A stretch of 45,478 nt of DNA from a virus (taxonomy: Duplodnaviria; Caudoviricetes): positions 1 through 45,478 of IMG/VR virus record IMGVR_UViG_3300021082_000050, one strand, 5' to 3'. Numbering within the stretch: position 1 is the first letter of the stretch; every line of letters starts with the position of its first letter. The position numbers and the translations under genes are program-made. Below the pieces are notes generated by a model. It did not search any database, had not been told where the DNA came from, and saw nothing but the letters and a program-made list of their open reading frames with translations. Positions 9,505 to 19,105 of this stretch are shown piece after piece.

Positions 9505-9511
9505 GGCAGGC

Positions 9512-9901
9512 ATGGCAGACACCACCGGCGCGCCCTCCCAGGAGGAGTCGACACAAAAACTGCTCGACCAGATACCGCAGCTCATTCCCGGCGTGCCCAA
9601 CAGCGCGTGGCTGCCGGTCCTGCTCGGGCAGTTGCGGACGCTGGCGGCGCTGCTTTCGGGCGCCGGGTTCTCCTGGGGCAGGTACGTCTCGGGGGACGAG
9701 TTCACGCAGATATTCTGGGTGATCACCGGCGTGGCGGCGCTGCTGTGGTCGGGCTGGCAGAAGGTCTCCTCCGAGATTGCCAAGTACCGCATGGCTGCGG
9801 CGTCGGCGGACGCAAGCGCGAACGCCACGGCAAATTCCACCCCGGCAATAGTCACCCCCGTCTCGGTCGCGGTCACCCCGGCGGGAACGAGGACGATCTA
9901 G
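9512..9901 (+). CDS. Holin-like membrane protein
   Basis: Two hydrophobic segments and 'LWSGWQK' followed by a polar tail. Late-operon position. Confidence 0.5.
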   Translation: MADTTGAPSQEESTQKLLDQIPQLIPGVPNSAWLPVLLGQLRTLAALLSGAGFSWGRYVSGDEFTQIFWVITGVAALLWSGWQKVSSEIAKYRMAAASADASANATANSTPAIVTPVSVAVTPAGTRTI

Positions 9902-9910
9902 GGGCGGCGG

Positions 9911-10366
9911 GTGATCCGCTGCGGCTGGGAGAAGTTGGCCAAGGTTCTGGCCGAGCCGAACGCCGCCGACATGATCCGGGCCTATGCGGAGGAATTATCG
10001 CCGCTGCGCGACCTCGCCCCGGTAGACCCGGACTGGGACCGGCTGGCGCGCCTGGAGGCCGGGGGGTGCTACCGGCTGTGGGCTGCCAGAGTGGACGGCA
10101 CCCTGGCCGGGTTCATCAGCTTCTTCCTGATGCCGCACCACAACTATCGCAGCCTGCTGATGGCGCAGGACGGCGGCAGCTACATCGCGCCGCAGTTTCG
10201 TGGTAAGGGGATGGTCGGCTTCCGCATGTGGCGCTCCGCCGAGCCGGCGCTGCGAAAGCTGGGGGTCCGGTACATCATGGCCCACGATGGACAGCGCCCG
10301 CTCCTGCCCTTCATGCTAGCCCTCGGCTACGAGCCGCGCGGCACCCTTTTCTGGAAGATCCTGTAA
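9911..10366 (+). CDS. GNAT-family acetyltransferase
   Basis: 'YIAPQFRGKGMVG' acetyl-CoA motif A and 'LGY' motif B. Precedes the ejection proteins, as in several podoviruses. Confidence 0.8.
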   Translation: MIRCGWEKLAKVLAEPNAADMIRAYAEELSPLRDLAPVDPDWDRLARLEAGGCYRLWAARVDGTLAGFISFFLMPHHNYRSLLMAQDGGSYIAPQFRGKGMVGFRMWRSAEPALRKLGVRYIMAHDGQRPLLPFMLALGYEPRGTLFWKIL

Positions 10367-10707
10367 TGTCCGATTTGATCGACACGCCGCTCTCGGCTGA
10401 CGAGGTATGGCGGCTGCCGGATAAACTGCGGCGCCGGTATTGGGCGGCCGAGATCAGCCATGGCGTCGAGGGCCTGTGCGCCCTGAACCGTCAGGCCGTG
10501 CGAAAGGAGTGCCGTGACCGGCTGGCATGGCTTGCCGGCCTGACCCCGGGTATCGAGGCGCGCTACGTCGGCCCCGCAACGGAGCTGGCCGGGAAACGCT
10601 GCCAGATTATCGAGGGACCGTCTGCCATGTCGGGCCTCGTACCAATTGCGGTCAAGGGCATCCCAGGCGGCTTTGGGGTTGCCCCTTGCGAGCTGGAGCC
10701 TGCCTGA
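10366..10707 (+). CDS. Hypothetical protein
   Basis: TAATG/TGATG coupling to both neighbours. Confidence 0.55.
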   Translation: MSDLIDTPLSADEVWRLPDKLRRRYWAAEISHGVEGLCALNRQAVRKECRDRLAWLAGLTPGIEARYVGPATELAGKRCQIIEGPSAMSGLVPIAVKGIPGGFGVAPCELEPA

Positions 10708-11984
10708 TGGGGCCAATGGGTGGCGGCGGCTCGGGCGGCGGCGGCAACGCGAACGTCTATCTCCCGCCCGGCCAGGGTGAGGCTGCCGGCATGCTCGGCA
10801 ACATCGCAAACCCCCTGTTTAATGCCTCGATGAATGCCGGGGCCGGCACGCCTGGAGCCTGGGCCTATCCGCAGGCGCAGGGCTATGCGCCGATGGGTTT
10901 TAATCAAGTTCAGCAGTACCTGACCGGCTCCCAGACCGGCGCGCCGACGCTCTACGACCAGGGCGCGGGCCAGGCTTACGGCTCGGCGCAGAACGCCGCC
11001 GACCTCTACTCCCAGATGTTCGGCAACGTCTACGGGCAGATACCCGGCCTCGCCGGCGCCGCGACCTCGGGGCTGCAATACCTGCCGCAGCTGATGTCCA
11101 GCGCCTTCTCGCCGCTCTATGGCGGCATGGTCAATGCGGCGGCCGACAACCCCTATTACCCGCAGGCGATGGCTGGGGCGCAGCAGGGCGCCACCCTCGG
11201 GGGCGCCGGGGCGAACTCGCTCTACGGTGCCGGGCAGGGTATTTTACAGCAAGGTTTCGACCCTCAGTCGGCGCTGTTCGACCGCTCGCAGCAGCAGCTC
11301 CTCGACCAGTCGAACGCGGTCAACGCGATGTCCGGGATCGCCGGGTCGCCCTACGCCGCCGGGACCACCGCCAAGGCGCTGGGCGACTTCGACATCAACT
11401 GGCAGAACCAGCAGTTGCAGCGGCAGGCGACGGCGGCAGGGGCAGCCTCGCCGCTGTTCCAGGCCGCGCCGCAACTGGCCTACGGCTCGGGGCAGATGCC
11501 GAGCCAGACCTACATGAGCCAGATCGGCAACGTGCTGAATGCGCTGAATGCGCAGGGCGCGGCCGGCTCGCTCGGGGCCTCGGCCTTCCCCTCCCTGCTC
11601 AGCGGCGCGGCAGGCGGCCTGGGGCAGGCGCAGAGCCTCCTCGGCAGCAGCATTGGCGGCCTCGCATCTTCGGGACTCCTGCCGTACCAGACCGGCGCCG
11701 GCATCGCCAACAATGCTCTAAGCGGCCTCAACAGCCAGCAGAACCTGCTGACCGGCGCGACGGGGCTAGGCAACAACCAGTACATGCTGCCGCAGCAGAT
11801 GATCGGCGACCTGATGAAGTACATGGGCCTCGGGCAGGACGCCTCGCGCATCGGCGCCAATATTGGCCAGATGGGCTTCAACCAGACGGCGCAGGGCTTC
11901 GGCGGGCTGTTGTCGGGCGCCAACTCGCTGTTCAATCCCAAGAGCGGCCTATTCCCGGGCGCGCTTGGCTTCCTTGGGTTGTAG
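10707..11984 (+). CDS. DNA ejection/pilot protein
   Basis: G/A/Q/S-rich, low charge, 'MGGGGSGGGG' start. Follows GNAT. Confidence 0.65.
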   Translation: MGPMGGGGSGGGGNANVYLPPGQGEAAGMLGNIANPLFNASMNAGAGTPGAWAYPQAQGYAPMGFNQVQQYLTGSQTGAPTLYDQGAGQAYGSAQNAADLYSQMFGNVYGQIPGLAGAATSGLQYLPQLMSSAFSPLYGGMVNAAADNPYYPQAMAGAQQGATLGGAGANSLYGAGQGILQQGFDPQSALFDRSQQQLLDQSNAVNAMSGIAGSPYAAGTTAKALGDFDINWQNQQLQRQATAAGAASPLFQAAPQLAYGSGQMPSQTYMSQIGNVLNALNAQGAAGSLGASAFPSLLSGAAGGLGQAQSLLGSSIGGLASSGLLPYQTGAGIANNALSGLNSQQNLLTGATGLGNNQYMLPQQMIGDLMKYMGLGQDASRIGANIGQMGFNQTAQGFGGLLSGANSLFNPKSGLFPGALGFLGL

Positions 11985-11987
11985 GCG

Positions 11988-13898
11988 ATGTTCCCCTTGA
12001 TGGCGCTGGGCGCCGGCCTTGGCCAGTTCGCGCAGGACTTCCGGCAGCAGCAGGCGCAGCAGGAGCGCTCCCTGATGTTGCAGATGCAGCTTGCCGAGTA
12101 CCAGCGCGCCCTCGACAAGGACAAGCGGGAGTCGGAGGCGTCCGGTCTCGCCCTCAATTTCGGCCTGCCGGGGGCCGGCGGCGCCCCTGGCGGCTCTTCG
12201 TTTGGGTTGCCGCCGTCGCCGTCCAGCTTCGGCGGCTCTCCCGCTACTGCCGGGGGTGGCGGCGGCATGACCCTTGCCGAGGTCAAGGCAGCGGCGCGTC
12301 GCGCCGGCTTTGACGAGGATGGCGCCAACACCATGGCTGCCATCTCCGTGCCGGAGAGCAGCCTCAACCCCAATGCCTACAACCCGAATGACCCGTCCGG
12401 CGGCTCGTTTGGCCTGACGCAGATCAACGGCGTGCATCCCGGCGCGCGTGAGGCGTTGGGCAATCCCGACAGGGCGATGGAGTTGGCCTTTCGGGTGAGT
12501 AAGGGCGGCACGAATTTCAGCCCGTGGACGGCCTACAGAAGCGGCGCCTATAAGCCGTATCTGGCCGAAGCGTCGCGGATTCTGCCGGCCGGACCCTCCG
12601 CCGCGCCCGCCTCGTTCGATCGCGGCCGGGCCGTCATGGACCCAAGCATGCCGAATACGGCCGAGGGCCGGGCCGCCGCGGCGCCGATGTCGGAAGCGTC
12701 AGCGGGCTATGCCGAGGCGATCGGGCGGGGCTTTAGGGGCACGATCCAGGACTTTGCCGGACGGGGCGGCGGCCCGCAAACCGCGGGGCCGGCGGTCGGG
12801 CAGCAAATGGCGCAGGCGCAAGTGCAGGGCGCGCCGGTGCCGCCGCCCTCGCTGCGGGACATCGCCCTGCTGCTGCGCAGTAAAAACCCCACCACGGACA
12901 GCCGCGTGATCTGGGATGCGGCAGATAGATTCCATAAGCGCGAGCAGGAAAACTACAAGCTCAATTTCGAGCGCTGGAAGGCGTCAACCGGCTTTGCCGG
13001 AGACGCCGCAACCCGCGCCGAGACGAGCCGCCACCATCAGGTATCGGAGGGTTTCGAAGGGCAGAAGATCAGCCTGGAGGAGCAGGGCCTCAAAGAGAAG
13101 ATCGCGGCCGGCACGGCGACCCGCGCCGACCAACTCCGCAACCGCGAGTTGGAGGAGCGCCGGATCGTCGAGACCGAGCGGGCGAACCGGGAGAAAGAGA
13201 GGGGAGACGCCGCGACCCGCACCGAGGCGGGCCGCCACCATCAGGTCACAGAGGGCTTCGAGGGGCAGAAGATCGGCTTGGAGGAGCAGGGCCTCAAGGA
13301 GAAGATCGCGGCCGGGACCGCGACCCGCGCCGACGCGCTGCGCAATCGCGAACTGGAGGAGCGCCGGATCGCCGAGACCGAGCGGGCGAACCGGGCGAGA
13401 GAGAAGGGCGTCGCGGCCAACACCCAGGCCCGCATCGGCAAGGAAACGTCGAAGGTCGATTTGGCGACGACCGAACTCGAAACGCTGGCGAACGAAGCCG
13501 ATCAGTTGTCGCAGATGGTCGAGGCGAACCCCAAGCTGGTCGGCGCCAAGGGCATCGTCGGACGCGCGGTCGGCAGCGTCGGCGAGCAGCTGGGTATTCT
13601 GGATGAAGACCCGGCGCTGGCACAATTCAAGAGCAAGGTGCAACTGCTGCAATCCCGGCTTGCCAAGCCCCTGCTCGGCGCGCGCTACTTCAGCAAGCCG
13701 TCGCAGGACCGCCTGAACCAGCTTCTCCCCGGCCTCCAGCGCCTCGACAACCCGACAGCCGTGGTGCAGTCGCTGAAGAATGTTTCCGAGGTATTGAAGA
13801 CCAATGCAGCCGCCATGAAGGCGGCCTCCGGCGCGGTTTCCGAGGACATCTCGAAACTGACTGACGACGAGATCAAAAAGCAACTCGGGCTGGAATAG
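11988..13898 (+). CDS. Ejection protein with lytic transglycosylase/lysozyme-like domain
   Basis: 'MAAISVPESSLNPNAYN...SFGLTQIN...FSPWTAY' has the catalytic ES and GLxQ motifs. Coiled-coil remainder. Confidence 0.75.
   Translation: MFPLMALGAGLGQFAQDFRQQQAQQERSLMLQMQLAEYQRALDKDKRESEASGLALNFGLPGAGGAPGGSSFGLPPSPSSFGGSPATAGGGGGMTLAEVKAAARRAGFDEDGANTMAAISVPESSLNPNAYNPNDPSGGSFGLTQINGVHPGAREALGNPDRAMELAFRVSKGGTNFSPWTAYRSGAYKPYLAEASRILPAGPSAAPASFDRGRAVMDPSMPNTAEGRAAAAPMSEASAGYAEAIGRGFRGTIQDFAGRGGGPQTAGPAVGQQMAQAQVQGAPVPPPSLRDIALLLRSKNPTTDSRVIWDAADRFHKREQENYKLNFERWKASTGFAGDAATRAETSRHHQVSEGFEGQKISLEEQGLKEKIAAGTATRADQLRNRELEERRIVETERANREKERGDAATRTEAGRHHQVTEGFEGQKIGLEEQGLKEKIAAGTATRADALRNRELEERRIAETERANRAREKGVAANTQARIGKETSKVDLATTELETLANEADQLSQMVEANPKLVGAKGIVGRAVGSVGEQLGILDEDPALAQFKSKVQLLQSRLAKPLLGARYFSKPSQDRLNQLLPGLQRLDNPTAVVQSLKNVSEVLKTNAAAMKAASGAVSEDISKLTDDEIKKQLGLE
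12999..13405 (+). repeat. Two tandem 204-nt (68-aa) in-frame repeats
   Basis: GGAGACGCCGC...CGCCACCATCAGG begins at both 12999 and 13203. Near-identical peptides. Confidence 0.9.
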
Positions 13899-16814
13899 AT
13901 GTCCGACCTCCCCGCAAGCCCCGACACTCAGGGGCGGCTAGAGCTGCTTGGCGAGGCCTATAAGCGCGGGCTGCTGCCGCCGGATCGGGCGCGGCTATAC
14001 GAGGAGGGACAAAAACGAGGCCTGTTCAAAGCCCCCGCGGCCGCGGTGCCCCCGAGCGGCGAGTTGGTTCCCGGCGGCGCGCTGGCCAATCCCAACGCGC
14101 CAGCGCCGGACACCGAGATCGGCATCGGCCTGGCGACCCCGGGCCGAGCGCCCAGCGTGCCCCGGCAGCAGCGTGGCATAATCGACCTGGCGGGCGAGCG
14201 GGCGAGCGGTATCAGGGGCGAGATGCGGCTCCTCCAGGGCTATGACCCGGAGGTAGATTACGACACCGGCACCGGCTGGAACGATGCGGTGGCGATGCAC
14301 CGCTCCGACAACCCGGCCGAGAAGCGGTCCTATCTTGCCCGCAAGTATGGCCCTGAGAATGTCTTTACCGATCGCGGCGGCCGGTTCGTGGTGCGCGGGC
14401 AGGACGGCAAGATGCTGTCGCCGGAAGGCACCGGGTTCATGAACAACCTGATGCAGGGGAGCGCCGGGATCTATGCCGATGCGCCGATGATCGCGGGGGC
14501 AACCGGCGGCGCCATGGTCGGCGCCCCCGCTGGGCCGCTGGGTGCTATTGCCGGGGCGACGGCCGGCTCCGCTCTCGGCAAGACCGCGATCGAGGGCAGC
14601 AAGGCGCTGAGCGGCGATTTTCAGAAGACGATCCCGGAGACGGCGCTGTCGATCGGCATGGGTGGGCTGATGGGCGGCGCCGGGGAGGGGGCGGGCCGGC
14701 TCATCACCGGCATCCCCGGCGCGCTTGGCGGAGCCTTTCGCAAGTATGTGACCGGGACGACGCCGGAAGCGATGGACCTGGCCGCCTCGGTTCAGCGGGC
14801 CGGTGGCGTTGCTCCATTGCGCTCGGTGGCGCCGGGCCTCTCCTCGCCCATCCAGAAACAGGACGTGGCAGCCCGCCTCGGCGCCGACTTCCTGGAAAAC
14901 CCAAACCGGGCGGCTGTCCAAGGTCGGCTGGGCGAGATTGTTGGGGCGGAATTTCCGGCGGCCGAGCGGCCGGGGGCCATGCGCGAGATCATGGACCCAA
15001 CGGCGCGGGTGTCCTCGCGCGAGGCGGGGACCGCGGTGCAGCGCGAGGTGCAGCTGCATGGCGCGCAGCTGGACGCCGAGGTCGATAACCTGGCGCGCGA
15101 CGCCGACCGGATGCTGACGCAGCAGCTGCGGGGCCTGGGCGCCATCCCGCGCCGGGCCCCGGCGGGCGACCTCGGCAGCGATGTGGCGGCCGGGATCGCG
15201 GAGGCGCGCAACGACTTTAGCCGCTCGATGCAGAGCATCTACTCGCGCGTCGATCAGGCGACGGGCGGTGCGGAGATCGTCCCCACGGGGGCGATCAAGC
15301 GGGAGGCGCGGCGCATCCTCGATGCCCTGCCGAAAGATGCACAGGGCAACCCGATATTCGGCGATCAGCGAGTTCTGAGGTCCCTCGGGCAGCTACGCGA
15401 CATCGGGCCGAAGATGACCCTCAGCGACGCGCAGAGCATTCGCGCCACCCTTGGGGAGATGGGCCAGTTCACCGACCTGACCCCAGGCGTCGCCAAAAAG
15501 CAGTTCGGCGATCTGCGGCAGAGCGTCAACACGGCGATCGGGATGGCGGCCCGCGACCCGGCGGCGGCCCCGGCAGTAAACATGCTGCGCCGCGCCGACC
15601 AACTCTACGGCGAGGGCATCCGTAAATTCGAGGATACGACGGTCAACCAGATCGTCAATCAGGCCCGCACCGGCATGATGCCGGACCCAGGGGCCATCGC
15701 CGACAAGGTGCTGCAACCGAAATTTACGGCCCGCGCCCGCGAGATCAGGGGCATGGTCGGGCCGGACGTGTGGCGTCGGGTGGCCTCCGCCGACTGGGAG
15801 AATGTCGTAGCCGCCGCCCGAGACCCGCAGACCGGCGAGATGTCGGCCCGCAAGCTGGCGACGCTGGTGCAGCAGAAGGACCGCGACGGCCTCCTGGAGC
15901 TGACCTATGGGCCGCGGTTGGCCGGGGAGATGCGGCTCTACAGCCGTCGCCTCGACGCGCGCGGCGGGAAAGTCCCGGCGGGGCAACTGACCCCGGACAA
16001 TTTCGCCCAAACCATGCAGCGGCTGGAGACGGCAAACCTGACCCGCGACAGCTTCCTGTCGAAGAATTACCTCTCGGAACTGTCGAAGCCCGGAGCGTCG
16101 GCCGACGATGCGATCGGCTATGTCCTGCGGCCCGGCCAGGAGACGCGCCTGATCGAGGCGCAGCGCTTCTTTGGCGACCAGTCGCCGCAGATGGCTGCGA
16201 TCCGGCAGCAGGCCCTGAAAGAGCTGCTGAACTCGTCGATCGCCCGCACCGAGACGGGCGCGGGAACGATGGTGGTTGGCGACGGCATAGATCAGGCTTT
16301 GCGGCGGTGGACCCCGCGGCAGCAGGAAATCATGTTCCCCGGCGGCCTGGCTGATGACATGCGGCGGCTGGCACAGGAAATTCGCTTCATGTTCCCACGT
16401 CGCGGCGACCAGCTGGGGGGCGCCCTGATTGCCGGCGCGGTCAAGAACCTCCCGTTGCCGGCCCGCATCCCGGCCCTGGCCTACTATCAGGGCATGGGCT
16501 GGATTTTTTCCCAGCCCCGCGTCGTGAAGGCGATCGTCGCCGGGCTGGAGCCGGGGCCGGCAAAGGCGGCGACCCGCGAGACGATCCGCATGATCTTCCG
16601 CGAGGCGGCGATCGGAGAGCTTCCGCACCCGGACGAGACGCCGGAGCCAGGGGTCATGTCTCCGAGTCAGGCGGCCGTCACGATGATGGGCCGCAACTAT
16701 GGTGTCGGCGCCGGGCCGAGGGCGCCCATCCCGCGCGGACTACGGGGCGCTCCGCAGGCGCCTCCCGCTAATGCCGAGCCTCGCGACCTCAGGCCGAGCA
16801 TCGGCGGCCCGTAG
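13899..16814 (+). CDS. Large ejection (DNA transfer) protein
   Basis: 971 aa, helical and Ala-rich, with a Gly/Ala hydrophobic hairpin. 'LLGEAYKRGLLP' start resembles P22 gp16-like proteins. Confidence 0.65.
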   Translation: MSDLPASPDTQGRLELLGEAYKRGLLPPDRARLYEEGQKRGLFKAPAAAVPPSGELVPGGALANPNAPAPDTEIGIGLATPGRAPSVPRQQRGIIDLAGERASGIRGEMRLLQGYDPEVDYDTGTGWNDAVAMHRSDNPAEKRSYLARKYGPENVFTDRGGRFVVRGQDGKMLSPEGTGFMNNLMQGSAGIYADAPMIAGATGGAMVGAPAGPLGAIAGATAGSALGKTAIEGSKALSGDFQKTIPETALSIGMGGLMGGAGEGAGRLITGIPGALGGAFRKYVTGTTPEAMDLAASVQRAGGVAPLRSVAPGLSSPIQKQDVAARLGADFLENPNRAAVQGRLGEIVGAEFPAAERPGAMREIMDPTARVSSREAGTAVQREVQLHGAQLDAEVDNLARDADRMLTQQLRGLGAIPRRAPAGDLGSDVAAGIAEARNDFSRSMQSIYSRVDQATGGAEIVPTGAIKREARRILDALPKDAQGNPIFGDQRVLRSLGQLRDIGPKMTLSDAQSIRATLGEMGQFTDLTPGVAKKQFGDLRQSVNTAIGMAARDPAAAPAVNMLRRADQLYGEGIRKFEDTTVNQIVNQARTGMMPDPGAIADKVLQPKFTARAREIRGMVGPDVWRRVASADWENVVAAARDPQTGEMSARKLATLVQQKDRDGLLELTYGPRLAGEMRLYSRRLDARGGKVPAGQLTPDNFAQTMQRLETANLTRDSFLSKNYLSELSKPGASADDAIGYVLRPGQETRLIEAQRFFGDQSPQMAAIRQQALKELLNSSIARTETGAGTMVVGDGIDQALRRWTPRQQEIMFPGGLADDMRRLAQEIRFMFPRRGDQLGGALIAGAVKNLPLPARIPALAYYQGMGWIFSQPRVVKAIVAGLEPGPAKAATRETIRMIFREAAIGELPHPDETPEPGVMSPSQAAVTMMGRNYGVGAGPRAPIPRGLRGAPQAPPANAEPRDLRPSIGGP

Positions 16815-19087
16815 TGGCTCGCGTTCTGATTGTCGAGCCCACCGCGGACGGTCTGCTCGATCTCGCGATCCGCGCCCAGCAGCACGGTCATTCCGTCCAC
16901 TACTGGCTCAAATCATACGACCAGCACAAGCAGCCGGTCGGCCGGGGCCTCGTCGAGCGGGTCGCAGACTGGCGCTCACTCGCCCGCCGAGTCGATCTGG
17001 TGATCCTCGGGAGCCTGGGTTACTGCGGCCGGGAGTTCGACCAATTGCGGGCCGAGGGGGTGCCGGTCATCGGGGCGCCGGGCCTCGTCGGCGAATGGGA
17101 GCTGGACCGCCTCGTCGGCATGCAGCAGTTCAAGCGTGCCGGTATCCCGGTCCCACCGTACCGCCAATGCACCAATTACGACGAAGCGATCAGCCTCGTC
17201 TCGCAGCGCGACGACGGGGTAGCGATCAAGCCATGCGGGGACGTGACCGACAAGAGCCTCAGCTTCGTCGCCAAGACCCCGCGCGAGGCGGTCTGGCGGT
17301 TGCAGCGGTGGAAGCGGGAGGGCAGGCGGTTTCCCCATGGGTTCATCCTCCAGGAGCTGGTCGAGGGCGTAGAGTTCGCGGTCGGCGGCTGGATCGGCCC
17401 CGGCGGGTTCGCCGAGGGGTGGGAAGAAAATTTCGAGGAGAAACGCCTCTTTGCCGGTGGCGTCGGTCCCAATTGCTACTCGGCCGATACGGAGGTCCTT
17501 ACAGCCGTGGGCTGGAAAGCGTGGCCGGATGTCAAAAAAGCCGACTGTCTCGCTACGCTCAATGACGGGCTCGTCTGTTACGTGATGCCAGACCGGCTGG
17601 TCGAGAGCGACTTCGATGGCGAGATGATCGGCTGGCGGTCTAACCGCGTCGATCTGCTCGTCACCCCGGATCACGCGATGTACGTCGCCGACCGCGATAC
17701 GGTCCGTCGCGGTGAGCCCGAGTTCTACCGGGCCGCAGCCGATGGCCTCGCCGAGAACCGGATAGAGAAGAAATTCGCCGTGCTGCGGGTCGGGCGTTGG
17801 GCCGCCCCCGGTAATCCCTCGATCACCCCGGCCCGCGCCCGCCTTCTGGGTATGTTTCTGGCGGACGGTCATTGCGGGCAGCGGTCAATCGTGTTCGGCA
17901 ATTGCCCGGCCCACAAAGAGGCTCTGATTCGCGATGCGGCACTGGCGTGCGGCTACGTTGCGCACCGCTATGGCGCGGATGTCTACATCAACAGCCGCGA
18001 CCTGGCTAATGCCTGGCGGCACTTCCCCAAAGCCGTCGAGAAGCGGGCGCCGCAAGAAATCATGGGCGCGGCGCCCGACGTAATTGCTGCGTTCCTCGAT
18101 GGGCTTGCCCTCGACGCGGCGACAATGGGCAATCGGGTCTACACCACGGCCAGCCGGGGCATGGCCGATGATATCCAGATCATGCTGATGCGCATCGGCC
18201 TCGCCGGGCATGTCCACGAGCGCGACCGCCGCGGCGAGCCCGAGCGGGAGCTGGGCGGCTACATCATCCGGGGCGGCCTGTCTTGGGATGTCGGGGTATC
18301 CTCTCAGGCTCTCGCGTGGCTCCGGCCGAGGTATTGCTATCGCGCGCCCTACCGCGGGAAGGTCTATTGCGCGACCGTCAACTCGGAGTCGCATGCCCTG
18401 TTTGTTCGCAGGAACGGGAAGGCGTGCTGGTCCGGCAATTGCGGCGAGGCCGGCACCGTGATGCGGCTGGTAGCGCGCAGCAAGCTGGCTGACCGCGTCC
18501 TGAAGCCCCTCGAAGATCGCCTTGTGAGCCTCGGCTACGTTGGCAACATCGACGTGAATTGTATTGTTGACGAGGACGGCAGCCCGTGGCCCCTGGAGTT
18601 CACAGCTCGCTTTGGGTATCCCGCAATCAACATAGAGCTTGCACTTCATGGCGACCCTATCGAGTTTCTGGCCGGGCTTGCGGCCGGGAAGCCGCCCAAG
18701 ACGCGGCGGCTGGACGAGGTGGCGGTCGGCGTCGTCTGCGCCCTGCCGCCATACCCGTACCGGGAGAAGCCGGACGAGACGGTCGGGGTGCCGATCTGGG
18801 GTGTGACGCCCGGCATCGAGGACAACATCCACCTCTGCATGGCCCAGGTCGGCGAGTTCGAGAAGCGCCCCACGCTGATGACCGCCGGCAGCTACGTCCT
18901 AGTATCGACCGGGACCGGCGAGAGTGTCGTTGCGGCCCGCAACGAGGCGTACCGCGTGCTCGATCGCCTGACCATCCCGGCCTCGCCCTTCTGGCGGAAT
19001 GACATAGGGAGCCGTCTTTCGAGAGACGTCCCGCGACTGCAGGAGCATGGCTATGCCGCGGGGTTAAGGTACAGCGCAGCCGCATGA
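16814..19087 (+). CDS. PurD (GAR synthetase)-like ATP-grasp ligase containing an intein
   Basis: 'ELDRLVG', 'AIKP', 'ILQELVEGVEF', 'EEKRLFAGGVGPN/CGEAG', 'YVGNIDVN', 'PLEFTARFGYP' and 'WRNDIG' match the PurD ATP-grasp layout. Confidence 0.85.
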   Translation: MARVLIVEPTADGLLDLAIRAQQHGHSVHYWLKSYDQHKQPVGRGLVERVADWRSLARRVDLVILGSLGYCGREFDQLRAEGVPVIGAPGLVGEWELDRLVGMQQFKRAGIPVPPYRQCTNYDEAISLVSQRDDGVAIKPCGDVTDKSLSFVAKTPREAVWRLQRWKREGRRFPHGFILQELVEGVEFAVGGWIGPGGFAEGWEENFEEKRLFAGGVGPNCYSADTEVLTAVGWKAWPDVKKADCLATLNDGLVCYVMPDRLVESDFDGEMIGWRSNRVDLLVTPDHAMYVADRDTVRRGEPEFYRAAADGLAENRIEKKFAVLRVGRWAAPGNPSITPARARLLGMFLADGHCGQRSIVFGNCPAHKEALIRDAALACGYVAHRYGADVYINSRDLANAWRHFPKAVEKRAPQEIMGAAPDVIAAFLDGLALDAATMGNRVYTTASRGMADDIQIMLMRIGLAGHVHERDRRGEPERELGGYIIRGGLSWDVGVSSQALAWLRPRYCYRAPYRGKVYCATVNSESHALFVRRNGKACWSGNCGEAGTVMRLVARSKLADRVLKPLEDRLVSLGYVGNIDVNCIVDEDGSPWPLEFTARFGYPAINIELALHGDPIEFLAGLAAGKPPKTRRLDEVAVGVVCALPPYPYREKPDETVGVPIWGVTPGIEDNIHLCMAQVGEFEKRPTLMTAGSYVLVSTGTGESVVAARNEAYRVLDRLTIPASPFWRNDIGSRLSRDVPRLQEHGYAAGLRYSAAA
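17474..18439 (+). mobile_element. Intein (322 aa) with LAGLIDADG-type homing endonuclease domain
   Basis: N-terminal 'CYSADTEVLT', block B 'LLVTPDHAMY', 'LLGMFLADG', and C-terminal 'VYCATV...LFVRRNGKACWSGN' followed by +1 Cys. Confidence 0.9.
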
Positions 19088-19105
19088 AGGCGGGTTGGGC
19101 TGTCT

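Noticed and set aside
16814-19087. Naming the gene purD
   Set aside because: The fold matches, but context and divergence do not support purine biosynthesis.
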